From Octopus vulgaris (Eukaryota): a DNA stretch of 64,000 nt. The notes under the pieces were generated by a model. The model saw only the letters and a list, made by a program, of their open reading frames with translations. It was not told the origin of the DNA and searched no databases. Where the stretch lies: assembly GCA_951406725.2 (NCBI GenBank), contig OX597816.1, positions 149,048,001 through 149,112,000 of the forward strand. The letters are read 5' to 3'. The position numbers were made by a program, and so were the translations under genes. Within the stretch, counting starts at the first letter, position 1, and every line of letters starts with the position of its first letter. Below, piece by piece: positions 1-12,920 of this stretch.

Positions 1-220
1 CCGTTTGCCAGCTCTGTCTGGTACCAGTGCGGGTGGCACGTAAAAAGCACGCACTACACTCACGGAGTGGTTGGCGTTAGGAAGGGCATCCAGCCGTAGA
101 AACACTGCCAGATTTGACTGGGCCTGATGAAGCCTTCTGGCTTCACAGACCCCAGTAGAACCGTCCAACCCATGCTAGCATGGAAAACGGACGCTAAACG
201 ATGATGATGATGATGATGAT
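1..220 (+). mobile_element. 3' part of RTE-related SINE/LINE with (GAT)n tail
   Basis: Ends ...ccatgctagcatggaaaacggacgctaaacg(atg)n; near-identical to the 3' UTR of the RTE LINE end at 8030-8812. Confidence 0.8.
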
Positions 221-268
221 ATGCATATATATGTATGTATATATATGCATATATATGTATATATATAC

Positions 269-328
<60 letters not shown>

Positions 329-404
329 GTATATATATGCATATATATGTATGTATATATATGCATATATATGTATATATATACATATATATGTATATAT
401 ATAC

Positions 405-440
<36 letters not shown>

Positions 441-473
441 GTACGTATATATATGCATATATATGTATGTACA

Positions 474-509
<36 letters not shown>

Positions 510-786
510 CACATACATATATATATACATACATATGTATATATACATACATACGTATACATACATACATACGTATACATACATACATACGTATACATAC
601 ATACATACGTATACATACATATATATATACATACATACATATACATACACATATATATACATACACATATATATACATACACATATATATACATACACAT
701 ATATACATACATATACATACATACATATACACATACATACATATACACATACATACATATACATACATATATATACATATATATAC

Positions 787-826
<40 letters not shown>
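221..826. repeat. Compound (TA)n/(TACA)n microsatellite
   Basis: About 600 nt composed almost entirely of TA/CA/TG units; source of the YI/IY-repeat ORFs. Confidence 0.95.
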
Positions 827-832
<6 letters not shown>

Positions 833-1060
833 CACGTACTGTGCTGGTGGCACGCACTGTGCCGGTGGCATGTAAAAAGCACCCACTACACTCACGGAGT
901 GGTTGGCGTTAGGAAGGGCATCCAGCCGTAGAAACATTGCCAGATCAGACTGGGTCTGGTCTGGTGCAGCCTTCTGGCTTCCCAGACCCCAGTTGAACCG
1001 TCCAACCCATGCTAGCATGGAAAGCGGACGCTAAACGATGATGATGATGATGATGATGAT
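827..1060 (+). mobile_element. RTE-related SINE/LINE 3' end with (GAT)n tail, second copy
   Basis: Same cactacactcacggagtggttggcgttaggaagggcatccagccg core and (GAT)n tail as 1-220. Confidence 0.8.
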
Positions 1061-1689
1061 ATATATGTATGTATATATATATGTATATGTATATATGTAT
1101 ATATATCAATAATACAGTAATTGTTTCTTATCAGGAACAAAATGTTTAATAGGACTGCTATAGAAGTGCTCAATTAAATGAGACAAATATATTAAACTGT
1201 GGTTGCAGAACAAACAAATACAAGGTCATCCACGTAACATTTCATATCTCGAACATTTAATCACATAATGCTTTTTCTTTCACATAGAATATACATGTAT
1301 AACATCACGGAAGATGAAACACAACTCATCAGTACAAGCATATAAGAAAATACAAGAAAAATGCGTGAATACAGTTCATCTCGGTTAAAAGTTAACGCTT
1401 AATATTTTAGCAATTAAGAAATATATATTTTTTAAAAAACATTACAACACCTAGAATAATAAAAATATAAGAAATATATAGATATATAAAAATACATATA
1501 TAAGTATAGGAAGCATATAAATAAGTAATATATAATATATAAGGTCAGATAAAAGTTCATTGTTTAGAAAAATTTTTTCCGATTCAAAATTACTTTTCAG
1601 ATAAGGGAAACCTATAGTTAAAAGCCAGTGTCCAAGCAAAAATGAAGAAAACATATTTACATTCCCTATGGCCATAGGGAATGTAAATA

Positions 1690-3169
1690 CGGTGGAGGTG
1701 ACTACAGCAGTTGTTTCGGGTCATAAATCTGTATGAGTAGAAGTCCATGCAGGATATTGGCTTGTTGAGATGTTCATTAAGATTTTTGAGGATGTTGCTG
1801 TAGTAGACCAATGTGGTAGTCATCCTCATCGTTAATAAACAGAAGTGGGTATTGGAGTGTATCGTATGATCTGTGTGTTTCACTAATTCGTTGGAGGGTG
1901 GTGTCACGTCGCCTGAGGACAATGTCTCTGGGATTGTGCTGTTCACCGTGAAGGAATACAGCTATTTCATTGCATGTGGGTGCATTGTAATGGCCTGCAT
2001 GTTCCCTAGATGGTCTTTTCTGGGCATCAATGATAACATTAAAATTTGATGAATCTTCAGTTTCCAAGGTATACTTGAAGATGTGTACATAGCTGTTTTT
2101 CTGGTGCAAAAGGTCTTGCAGTTGCATTATCAAGTGAAAGTTAGTACCTGTGGAAATGGAATTTCGTTGGGTGGCTTGCTCATGTAAATTACCTACAAAG
2201 TACAGTTGAAGGAATTGAGGATCTTGATTTTCAGCAGGTTTGAGTGATCCTATCCTATGGTAAACCTGTCCCTGAACTTTGAAAGTTGGCATAAACCCGC
2301 CTTCTTGAACAACATTAGCGCCGAAAGATGTCATTTGGAATGCACAATTGTACTTCCGGATGTTATTCAGGAAATGCTTCGACTCTGTAGTTGTGCCAGC
2401 GTAGAGTGACTTTAAGAGCTGTGGTGGATCCATTAGCGCAACACATTGCAGGAGTTTCTCTTGACCACTTCTTAGCATTGCAGAAAGAGCAAGTGATGGA
2501 CATATTGCCAATGTTCATATCTGGGTGGCAATCATAATGAAGGTTAGGGTTGTATTGGAAAGCCTTTAATAACCATCGTTAGCTGCATGGCGTTGAAAAT
2601 CCTCGTCTATGAGCTCTTTGTTGAGTTGAAGTCTGCAGCATAGTACATCTCTGTTGTAAGGTGTAGGAAGCTTGCGCAGCAGCCATGTTGGCAGCATTCC
2701 TGAGCAGACGTGTAGTGCGTTCGTTTTTATTCTCTGCAGCTTGTGCAGCAGCAGTTGAGGAAGCATCAGCAGTTCGTCGAACTTTACGCTGGAGTTCTGT
2801 TTCTGCAGCTTGTGCAGCAGCGGTTGAGGCAGCATCAGCAGTTCGTCGAACTTTACACTGGAGTTCATTTTCTGCAGCTCGCGCAGCAGCAGTTCGTCGA
2901 ACTTTACGCTGGAGTTCATTTTCTGCAGCTAGCACAGCAGCAGTTCATCGAACTTTACGCTGGAGTTCATTTTCTGCAGCTTGCACAGCAGCAGTTCGTC
3001 GAAGTTTACACTGGTGATCTTTTTGAAGTGCTCTTGAATTGGCAGTACGTCGAGCATTTTGTGATCGTCTAATGTAAGTTTTGGCTGACGATTCATTGGC
3101 CCTCCTTGCTGATGTTCTTGCAGCTTTCGCAGTTTTGCGTCCAATTGAAGAAGTCTTCCTTCGGGGCAT
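1690..3169 (-). pseudogene. Helitron RepHel, N-terminal part (basic leader, 17/23-aa repeats, zinc-finger region, pre-Rep region); frameshifted and 3'-truncated
   Basis: Motifs IRKYNCAFQMTSFGA, TFKVQGQVYHRIGSL, PQFLQLYF, YNAPTCNEIA and ETHRSYDTLQYPLLF are typical of Helitron RepHel; starts MPRRKTSSIGRKT after a ttttag acceptor-like site; ORF is broken into several frames. Confidence 0.88.
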
Positions 3170-3599
3170 GATCTAAAAGAAGCATGATGAAATGCAGTGA
3201 GATACACTGTGAAGTATGAAATATTAATTGAAGGGTTAGTATGTAACTGTAGAGCAGTTGAAAACTTGCAACTGCTGCGGTAATAATGAAGTGGTAGTAA
3301 GAAGAACGGTAACTGTATAAAATTAGATGATATTAGTGTTATGAAATGAAAATGAGAATGGAAACAGTTGTGAAAAGGAAGGCGAGAAAAATGGTAAGAG
3401 CAAAGGAGAAATTGTTTATGAATTGCGTTGAGAATGTTGTCGTTTGTGTGAACATGAAGTGTGGGTGTTGTTTGTCAATGTATGGCTGCTTTGTCGTATA
3501 GATTGGATAGGGAAAGGGTTAATGAAAGAGCAAGTGGATGAGTTGCTTAGGTTTGTTTAGTGGTGCTAGTGGGGCAGAAACTGCCGTTGATGCTGCATG

Positions 3600-5210
3600 T
3601 AAGTGTAGGAATGGTTAAAGGTAAGTTGGTAGGTCTGCAGGTCCCCAGAAAGGAAGAAGAAAAAACAGTCACGTGAAATTTAAATGCGTGCATTGGCACA
3701 CATTTCAGTAATGAAAACTGAAAGAAAGTGTGAGTGTTTTTGGTCGTTGTGAAGTCTCCTGTTCCGCTAATCTTAATGTAAGAAATTGAAAAGAATTGAA
3801 AATGTAAGAAATTGACTGAAGAAATGTAAAAGATTGCTCGGCGTCCACATTACGGAAGAAGTATGGAAATATTTAGAAATAAGTGAAAATGTAAAAATGA
3901 GGAGTAGGGACAGGGAATTGAAAATGATTGCATAATTGGAATGTCCGTGATGGGAAACATATGAATCCACTGGAAAAGAAAGAAAGAAGGGTTTGAGGGT
4001 TGATATGCAGGTGTGCTTATAAACATTAACCAATGTGGCTGTTATTTGTAGCACGTCATGCTACCAGTGGACAAGTATTTGCGAGAAGCCATTACGTGGT
4101 AGCAGCACGTGCAAGAAATAGCAGTGAAATATTTCATATTTTCTTAGTGAAATGAGTGTATGAATGATTGTAGGTAAGTTAGTAGGTCTGCATGCCTGCA
4201 TTATTGAAGAAGTGCAGAAGTATCAATAAACTTTATTGCGTGCGCCAGCATACGTTTCAGTAAGGAGAAGGGGGAAAAGTGGGAGTGTTTTCGCTCAGGA
4301 TCAAGTACCGTGTTACCCTGTTCTTAATGAAAGAAATTCAAAAGAAATTAAAATGTAAGAAATTGATTGAAGAAATGTAAAAGATTGCTCGGCGCCCGCA
4401 TTATGGAAAAAGTATGGAATTATTTGGAAAGATGTGAAAATGTATAAAGGAGGAGTATGAACAGGGAATTGAAAATGATTGCATAATTGGAATGTCCGTG
4501 ATGGGAAACATGAGTCCGCTGGAAAAGAAAGAAAGAGAAACTGTGGGAGTTTATATGCAGGTGTACTTATAAACATTAACCAATGTGGCTGTTATTTGTA
4601 GCACGTCGTGCTACCAGTGAACAGGTATTTGCGAGAAGCCGTTACATGGTAGAATCACGTGCTAGAAATAGCAGTGAAATGTTTCATATTTCGTTATTGA
4701 AATGTGTGTAGGAATGATTGTAGGTAAGTTAGTGGGTCTGCAGGCCCGCATAATTAAAGAAGGGCAAAAATATAGGGAACGCGTTTCAATAAGGAGAACG
4801 GGAAAGACTGGGAGTGTTTTCGCTTGGTAGGAAGTACCGTGTTCCCCTATTTTTAATGATGAAGTTGAAAAGAAATGAAACGGTAATAAATTGACTGCAG
4901 AAATGTAAAAGATTGCTGGGTACCCGCATTAGGGAAGAAGTATGGAATTATTTTGAAAGAAATGAACATGTAAAAATGAGGAGTGAATTGAAAATGATTG
5001 CACAATTGGAATGCCCTTAACGGAAAACATGAATCCGCTGTAAAAGAAAGAAAAGTGTTTGGAATTGATATGCAGGTGTACTTGTAAACATTAACGGATT
5101 TGGTTGGTATTTGTAACACGTCATGGTACCAGCGAACAGCTATTTGTGTAAATCCGTTATGTGGTAGCAGCATGTGATAGAAATAGCAGTGAAATGTTTT
5201 ATATTGATGC
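3600..5210. repeat. Three diverged tandem copies of a ~550-bp unit
   Basis: Anchor ggtaagtt(g/a)gt(a/g)ggtctgca recurs at about 3620, 4173 and 4723; aatgtaaaagattgct recurs in each copy. Confidence 0.85.
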
Positions 5211-5369
5211 AATTTACAAAGAAGAAATGTTACATACCGATATCCGGAAAATGAATGAATGTGCTTTAGTTGATCAGTCTTGCTTTGATAGAGCAATGGT
5301 GAGAATGAGAAAATGAGAGAAATAGTAATACGAAAGGACAGAGTGATTATGAATCGTGTTGCGAATATT

Positions 5370-5725
5370 ATTTGGCTGGAAATGAATTCTGTCATATTTA
5401 TAAGAAAGCAGAGAGCTAGAAGGATGAAGGTATCAGTGGTGTGGGGTTGTTTGAATTGTCCGGACACTATGAAGGTTAGAGGTGAAGTGGATGACAATAT
5501 ACTTCACTTGATAAGGTAGCATCTGGTAAATATCTGTTACCATGGCTGGAAACGAATTTTGTCGTATTTATAAGAAAGCAGACAGTTAGAAGGATGAAGG
5601 TATTAGTGGTGGTATAGTGGTGTGGGGTCGTTTGAATTGTCCATACGCTATGAAGGTTAGAGGTGAAGTGGATGACAATATACTTCACTTGATAAGGTAG
5701 CATGTGGTAAATATCTGTTACCATC
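5370..5725. repeat. Two tandem copies of a ~180-bp unit
   Basis: tatgaaggttagaggtgaagtggatgacaatatacttcacttgataaggtagcat occurs at about 5468 and 5649. Confidence 0.85.
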
Positions 5726-6369
5726 ATCCATTGTCCCGTAGTGAGAAGTAAGTTTTATTTCCCTATGTTGAGAATGAAATGAGAATGAGATGTAAGGGGA
5801 CAATGTTTTTGAGATTCCGGTTTGAATGTAAGGAAGGTTTGAAAGTGTTCCCAACAGTTATTAGTTGTAGTGGTAGAGTGTTTATGCCAAATATGTACGT
5901 ATGCAAGTATATATATGTATGTGTGCCTGTATATATGTACAAAATCCACTGAGAAGGCTTTTGTTGGTCTGAGGCTACAGCAGAAGACACATACCAAGTC
6001 ACCACACAGTGGGACTGAACCCAGGACCATGTGTTTGGAACGTAGTTTGTTACCAAACAGCCACACCTGCCCCTATGTATGTGTGTGTGTGCTTACATGT
6101 GTATGGGTAGATATATTATGCATGTATATATGTGTATATATATGTGTACATATTACATGTACATCTATATATATACATGTACACATAAAATACAAAATAC
6201 AAAGTTATATCTTGATATCGCTAGTGATAACAATACTCAAAATATATAACAGACTGGAATTGTAGGCCCGTGTCTTGCAATTTCGATCAATTGGATCTTG
6301 TCCTCCCTCTTGTATAGAAGTGTGGCTACAATCCAGCCTACCTCTACTTCTGGGGGTGGGGGTGGCATT

Positions 6370-6790
6370 TTAAATTTTTATCTGGGACGTCCTACGTCCC
6401 AGATATAAAGGTAAAAATAAAATATTTCCACTTTGCAAGGTTTGAGTCAAGTACTCTCTTGCACACTCCGTTGACTCGAACCTTGCTTCTATTGTGGCGA
6501 ATTTACCGCCTCTGGTTAGATATCTTTCATAGTTGCACCACTTTTCGATGGTGCTTTCCTCCAGGTGTTCAAATCTTTTATTTTTCTCTATATTGTATAC
6601 TTTATAGACAATAGTCTTTTCTTTAATTTAATTTTTTATTTCGTTTGGTGGTGTTATCCTAGATTCACCGTCTTTGTCGGTGATCAATCCGTATTTCTTC
6701 CATTTTAATTTCAATGAGTTCGTGCCCGCAGATGGCTGCAGCGAAATTCATTTTTGGACTTTCTTCTATCGAAGGCATTCTAATGAAAAT
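6370..6790 (-). mobile_element. 5' fragment of a Tx1/L1-like LINE ORF1
   Basis: Manual translation WCNYERYLTRGGKFATIEARFESTECAREYLTQTLQSGNILFLPLYLGRRTSQIKI aligns with ORF1 pieces of the LINEs at 42.6 kb (NWGSKFATVQVRF) and 48.3 kb (TYLGRRTAKI). Confidence 0.7.
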
Positions 6791-7806
6791 GCTTCCGTGT
6801 AAATGGTGAAAATATTGTCAATTTCCCCAAACAGGGACACAATTCAATTTTTAAACAATAACCAAAGCTCCTTCTCCCAAAGGGGGAGGGTTACAGTTTA
6901 CAATTATTCAACAAATGCAACACAACAATGTTTCCTTTACGAGGAACCAACAAACGTGATAACAATAGTTAAACAGTAATAATAATAACAACAAACCTTA
7001 CGATGAGTCAGAAAGCAGTAAGCAGTTGAAGTTCTTTATGTATAAGAAATAAACCAATAGGAGCGGCTGTTCGAGAAAACAGATATTACATACAGCCAAA
7101 CTTCATATAGATACTTAATGCTTGCTAATTAGCAGATAATCTAATGTAAAAGCCGTGGTAAAGGGTATTGCACACCTCCATCTGGACTATTCCATTTCTG
7201 CACGCTAATTTTATTTTTAATTTATTCCCATTCATGTGAAACCACTTATTCAAGTTCAAGTCATTGATGCAATTTTATACCAATTGCTATTTTTACTTTT
7301 GTTATGTTACGATTATATTATACTTTAGTTTGATTTTAATTATTACTTACTACATATAATTCAATTGTTATTATTATCTCTAATTTTTATTGTTAAAGTG
7401 AAAGTAACTGACATAAAATAGAGAAATGTTTTTGTTTCACTTTTAACACGTAATACTGAAATAGTGGAGAAGATATGATATTGCTATGGGCTCGCTCTAG
7501 GCAAGAAGTTGGACATTTTTTTTGCCCATGAAACTACATGGACCCTAAGTAAGGCATGTGTAAAATTTGAATGAAATTGGTTGTGTAGTTCTCAAGTTTT
7601 AGGGAATCGTAGTGGAGAAGATATGATATTGCTGTGGGCTCGCCCTAGACAAAAAGTTAAAAATTTTTGTCGTCGACACTCCCTGGACCCTAAGTAAGGC
7701 GTGTGTAAAATTTGAATGAAATTAGTTGTGCAGTTCTCAAGTTTTAGGGAAACACACAGACAGATAGACACACATTCTCAGTTTTATATATATAGAGATA
7801 TGTATA

Positions 7807-8973
7807 CTAGCAGTATCACCTGGTGTTGCTTGGGTTTGTTTTGACCCTTTAGAATTGGAATTTTTGAAAAGTAAAAAAATTGCATTATGCAACTTGTTAT
7901 TCTCTTCAAGTGAACATTTTTCCAGTTGAAATACACTGAAAAATGGTGACACAGCTGTCAAAAATCACAAAAAATAGGGATTTCATAGAAAAAAAGCACC
8001 TTTTGATGTAAATAATTTTTGGTGTTATCAGTTGTGGTGTGCAAGAGAGACGTTTGCGCTGGTATGGGCATGTGGCGAGAATGGATGAAGATAGTTGTGT
8101 GAAAAAGTGCCACACCCTAGCGGTTGAGGGAACCTGTGGAAGAGGCAGACCCAGGAAAACCTGGAACGAGGTGGTGAAGCACGACCTTCGAACTTTAGGT
8201 CTCACTGAGGAAATGACTAGAGACCGAGACCTCTGGAAGTGTGCTGTGCGCGAGAAGACCCGGCAGGACAAGTGAGACCATAACCCGTGGCCTTCTACAT
8301 GGGATGGAGCCAGCCTACGTATGCATATCTTCCCTTCTTGGGACACAAAACTCTACTTGTGAAGACCTGTTGAGGCAAGTGAGGATCTGAATAGAAATCG
8401 ATCAATGGAAATTGCAGATGTGTTACCAGTGCTGGTGGCATGTAAGAGAACCATCCGATCGTGGCCGTTGCCAGCACCGCCCCGACTGGCCTAGTGCCGG
8501 TGGCACGTAAAAAGCACCATCCGTTCGTGTCCGTTGCCAGCCTCGATGGCCCCTGTGCCGGTGGCACATAAAAAGCACCATCCGTTCGTGGCCGTTTGCC
8601 AGCTCTGTCTGGCACCTGTGTGGGTGGCATGTAAAAAGCACCCACTACACTCATGGAGTGGTTGGCGTTAGGAAGGGCATCCAGCCGTAGAAACACTGCC
8701 AGATCTGACTAGGCCTGATGAAGCCTTCCGGCTTCACAGACCCCAGTTGAACCGTCCAACCCATGCTAGCATGGAAAACGGACGCTAAACGATGATGATG
8801 ATGATGATGATGGTCCGATTTGAATTTTATCTTCTACAGAATGAAGAGCAAGCCTTCTTCTATTATACTCTCAATTTTGGTCAACTTGTGCTGCAGGGTC
8901 TCGAAGGAGATAGTGTTATTTGAAGGCTACCAAACCTGCCACACACAGACAACTTCAGCTTTATATATATAGA
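7807..8973 (-). mobile_element. Non-autonomous Helitron (~390-bp family) interrupted by an RTE insertion
   Basis: 5' TCTATATATATAAAGCTGAAGTTGTC, 3' ...GATACTGCTAG, inserted between A and T; an uninterrupted copy lies at 20227-20618. Confidence 0.88.
8030..8812 (+). mobile_element. 5'-truncated RTE-clade LINE: ORF C-terminus, 3' UTR and (GAT)n tail
   Basis: RRLRWYGHVARM...GRGRPRKTW...DRDLW is the typical RTE C-terminus; followed by 3' UTR with internal repeats and a (GAT)n tail. Confidence 0.88.
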
Positions 8974-9576
8974 TTTCTCAACGGGGATTTCAGGGAGTTG
9001 CTGGCGATATATTGTGATGATCAAAAATCCGGCCTGCTAAAATTTGGTTAAAGTGATTCAAACTGCAGACTCAACGCAAAATGGTCACATTTAATTCAAA
9101 GTGTTAAAAATGTTATGAAAACAATTGGTATGTGTTCACAAAGTCCAAACAATTGATACGAAAAACCCTCCAGGCTACATCCCAAAAATTCATTTCTTAG
9201 CCGAATTTCTACAATTTTTACGGTGATTCATTTTTATAACTTGATTTTTTATTTTTCATGCAATTTACGCATGCTTGCACGCGTGGTGAACACAGTTCAC
9301 GTCAAACAGCTGACTGAGTAAAGTTCACTATTCAATGCATGGGATAAGGCCTAAACAAACACATTATCGATTTTTGCAATTGTGAGATGAATTTTGGAAC
9401 AGAAATAGCGCGGATCAATTTTCATTCGCCTAAACTTTAAGTGACCCATTTTTGGTGGTTCTACGATTTGTTGGCTAGGAGGAGATGTGCTGGGAAGTTA
9501 AACACACAGACACACAAGTTGAGTTTTATATATTTTATATATATAGGTATATATATATATGATTTTATATATATGT

Positions 9577-9697
9577 AGGTGCAGGGGTGGCTGTGTGGTA
9601 AGTAGCTTGCTTACCAACCACATGGTTCCGGGTTCATTCCCACTGCGTGGCACCTTGTGAGTGGATTTGGTAGACGGGAACTGAAAGAAGCCCGTTG

Positions 9698-9700
<3 letters not shown>
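9577..9700 (+). mobile_element. tRNA-derived SINE, internally deleted
   Basis: A-box-like tggctgtgtggt and B-box-like ggttcattccc; related minus-strand copies at about 5940-6075, 11420-11760, 11920-12290 and 27485-27700. Confidence 0.7.
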
Positions 9701-9752
<52 letters not shown>

Positions 9753-10246
9753 GTATGTATATATAACTAGTGACGTAACTTCGGTATACGTACCGGAAGT
9801 ACCGGATACATTTCAAGAAAGTGTTTTTTTTCATAGGGGGGGTAGGATTAGGGTTAAGAGTTTGTGTTAGGGTTAGGGGTGGGAGAAAAAGGTTTCTGTT
9901 ATCTTGATAAATGTAAACAAAGCCATGATGAAGCTTCTTTGCTAGAGTCAACATGAGAAAATAAGTACAATATGATTTTAAACAATGCCAAGATCGACCC
10001 ATATAAGTTCGATTCCAACTTCTTGGATTTACATCAAATGTGCAAATATTTTTTTTTTTATTTAGCACAAAGATAATTGGATATTTTGACGATATTTCAT
10101 TTTAGATGCGTTCTTTAGTTAAGGAATTCAAATTCTGAGTATTTGCATTTTAACCTAATCTTGTGATTACTGCTCGTTTAGTTTGTCAACAGATTGGAAC
10201 GATTGGGTACTTTACTCATTTTGAAGTCTGAAAATACACTATATAT

Positions 10247-10905
10247 TTTCGTGTTTCATTGAAGTACGTTGATAAAACTATTGTTATTAATTTTTGTTTT
10301 TATAAAGTCCCTAAGGCTTCGTATTTTATTACCAGAAAGTTTTACAAGAAAGTATTACAAGAAAGTATTACAAGAAACAATTCGATTACAGAGTTTTTCT
10401 TTGCTAATATTTTTTAAAACGTATTGTGCGTAATGCCGAGTTTTTCTAGATTTTCTATGCATTATATATAATTAAGATATAGCATCACATCTATGTGAAA
10501 GATAGTTACATGATATAAATATTATTCACTAAAGCACGGCAGGCATGATTAACCAGTCATGGCAAGTAAAAAATATGGATGACTCGGAGGAAACAAAAGA
10601 ATTATGCTATTTAAAATGTGAAAATAACACAACCACATTAAACGATTTTCGAGTATTTCATAATAGCAAAGTGAAGGAAATAAATTAAACCTACCCGAGA
10701 AGGGACAACAGTCGCTGAAATACTCGTTTTCCGTGACTCCAGGTTCGATAACTCTTCTTACCTACTGAATTAGCTATTTCAACAAACCTCGGATAAACTT
10801 CAATGATGATGATATCGCCGCTGAGCAAAGCTTCAAATGTCTATAAAATATTATTTAATGTTTATGGATTTGAAATTATTTATATTTAAGTAAATATTTA
10901 TATTC
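10247..10905. repeat. Dispersed ~630-bp repeat, second copy at about 26857-27481
   Basis: Long near-identical runs, e.g. aagcacggcaggcatgattaaccagtcatggcaagtaaaaaatatggatgactcggagg, in both places in the same orientation. Confidence 0.88.
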
Positions 10906-11032
10906 GAGTAAACGAAACCATGAAAATTGGGTGTAATTACGTAGTGTAATCTTTGAAAAAGCAGAAATGATATTAACCAGCCCTTGATGCAGACCAATAT
11001 ATCTAGTTATTTGACGCTATAAAAACCTGACG

Positions 11033-11393
11033 GGATCTTTTCCTTTTGATAGGGAGATCGATAAATTAATTTTTTAAACTAAACACTTTCAAACTTCGGA
11101 TACTGGTAGAATGTGTCATATAGAACATCTTTTACTCTTAGCGTTGTTGAGAAAAGTTCGTAATTTCGAAGTTATTTCATGTTAAATTTGTCCTGACAAA
11201 CAGCAGCAGTAATTTTATTCAACTCAACAGACGACAACTTTAATACGAAATAACTTCATAAATAGAAACTTTTCTCAGCAAAGCGAACAGTAAAAGATGT
11301 TCTATATGACACGTTCTACCTGTATACGAAGTTTCAAAGTGTTTAGTTAAAGAAAGTTAATTAATCGAGCTGCCCATGAAAAGGAAAAGATCC
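11033..11393. mobile_element. Foldback MITE with GGATCTTTT termini
   Basis: GGATCTTTTCCTTTT...AAAAGGAAAAGATCC termini with ~150-bp inverted arms; same family as 25312, 51584 and 63826; TSD degenerate. Confidence 0.8.
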
Positions 11394-11853
11394 AGTGAAG
11401 GACACTTTGAATGGTGTTGTCCTTGGGTACAGTATGTCTATCCTTTGCCAAACTGTTACATTACAGGGGCATAAACACACCAGCAATGGATGTCAAGCGA
11501 TGTTGTGGGGACAAAGACACACACACATACAATGGGTTTCTTTCAGTTTCTGTCAACCAAATCCACTCACAAGGCTTTGGTCAGCCCAAGGCTATAGTAG
11601 AAGATATTTGCCCAAGGTGACACAGAGTGAAACTGAACCTACAAACATGTGGTTTAGAAGCAAGATTCTTATCACGTACTGACACCTGTGTATCCTTCAC
11701 ATAGTTCTCAGGGAGATTCAGTATGACACAGAATGCAACGAGGCTTGCCCTTTTGAATAAAGAATTTGTGGCGAAAATCTTTTCCAAGGGGGTGGGGAAA
11801 GGACTTCGGAAAATTCACAAGATCCAAGTTTTTCCCTAATTACTGTATATATA

Positions 11854-11918
<65 letters not shown>

Positions 11919-11919
11919 A

Positions 11920-12290
11920 TTTACTCTTTTAATTGTTTCAGTCATTTGACTGCAACCATGCTGAAGCACCGCCATTAGTCGAGCTAATCAACCCTGGGAC
12001 TTAGTCTTTGTAAGCCTAGCACTTATTCTATCAGTCTCTTTTGCCAAACTGCTAAGTGACAGGGACATAAACACACCAGCATCGGTTGTCAAGCATACAC
12101 AGACACACAAACATACACACACACATATATATACATATATACAACAGGCTTCTTTCAGTTTCCGTCTACGAAATCCACTCACAAGGCTTTGGTCAGCCCG
12201 AGGCTATAGTAGAAGACACTTGCCCAAGGTGCTATGCAGTGGGATTAAACCTGGTAAGCAAGCTACTTACCACACTGCCATTCCTGCACC
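11920..12290 (-). mobile_element. tRNA-derived SINE with internal microsatellite
   Basis: Reverse complement starts GGTGCAGGAATGGCAGTGTGGTAAGTAGCTTGCTTACC, matching the 9577 head. Confidence 0.75.
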
Positions 12291-12318
12291 TATATGTATA
12301 TGTGTGTGTGTATGTACA

Positions 12319-12360
<42 letters not shown>

Positions 12361-12569
12361 TAGATAGAGAAAGAGAGAAAGTAATAACGAGTGAATGAGA
12401 ATGACGACGAAGGGTTAAAAAAGCATAAAAATAATTGAAAATAAAATAAAATTGAAGCCAAAACATTAAAAATTATTGAAAGTGGATAGAAATAAGCACT
12501 ATGTAGTGTAGTAATACTACGCTAGCGTATCTTTAGAAAGTTGAATGTGATTTCGGAATATAACGAGAA

Positions 12570-12920
12570 AAAATTCGGATCTTGGCAATTTTCCGAAGTC
12601 CTCTCCCCACCTCAAAATTTTCTCCACAAATTACATTATAGTCACAATGTATGCCATTTGAAAGGGATTTATATAAAAATTTCATTGCAAAAACCCCATT
12701 TCCTAAAAGTTATGAGGGAAAACTCAGATTTTGTGAATTTTCCGAAGTCCTGTCCCCACCCCCTTGGAAAAGATTTTCCCCACAAATTTCTTTATAATCA
12801 TAATGTATGCCCTCTGACTGGTATTTCTATAAACTTTCATTGAAAAATTCCCATTTTCCTAAAAGTTATGAGGGAAAAGCTCGGATCTTGTGAATTTTCC
12901 GAAATCCTCTCCCCACCCTC
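12570..12920. repeat. Tandem ~150-165-bp repeat (about 2.5 units) with an inverted copy at about 11762-11843
   Basis: aattttccgaa(g/a)tcct(c/g)tccccacc recurs three times. Confidence 0.75.

Larger units (their letters stand above)
1690..7798 (-). mobile_element. Probable extent of decayed autonomous Helitron 1 (5' TC terminus at 7798) with nested insertions
   Basis: Minus-strand 5' end TCTCTATATATATAAAACTGAGAATGTGTGTCT. Blocks 5745-5917 and 7385-7560 recur adjacent to each other at about 13040-13390, implying 5917-7380 is inserted material. 3' end not found. Confidence 0.55.

Noticed and set aside
60-1018. Six overlapping 220-270-aa ORFs rich in Y/I/M/C/H/T
   Set aside because: Artefacts of a stop-free TA/CA microsatellite
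2690-3010. Regularly spaced repeats superficially like a CRISPR array
   Set aside because: Coding tandem repeats of a Helitron ORF with no unique spacers; eukaryotic context and no cas genes
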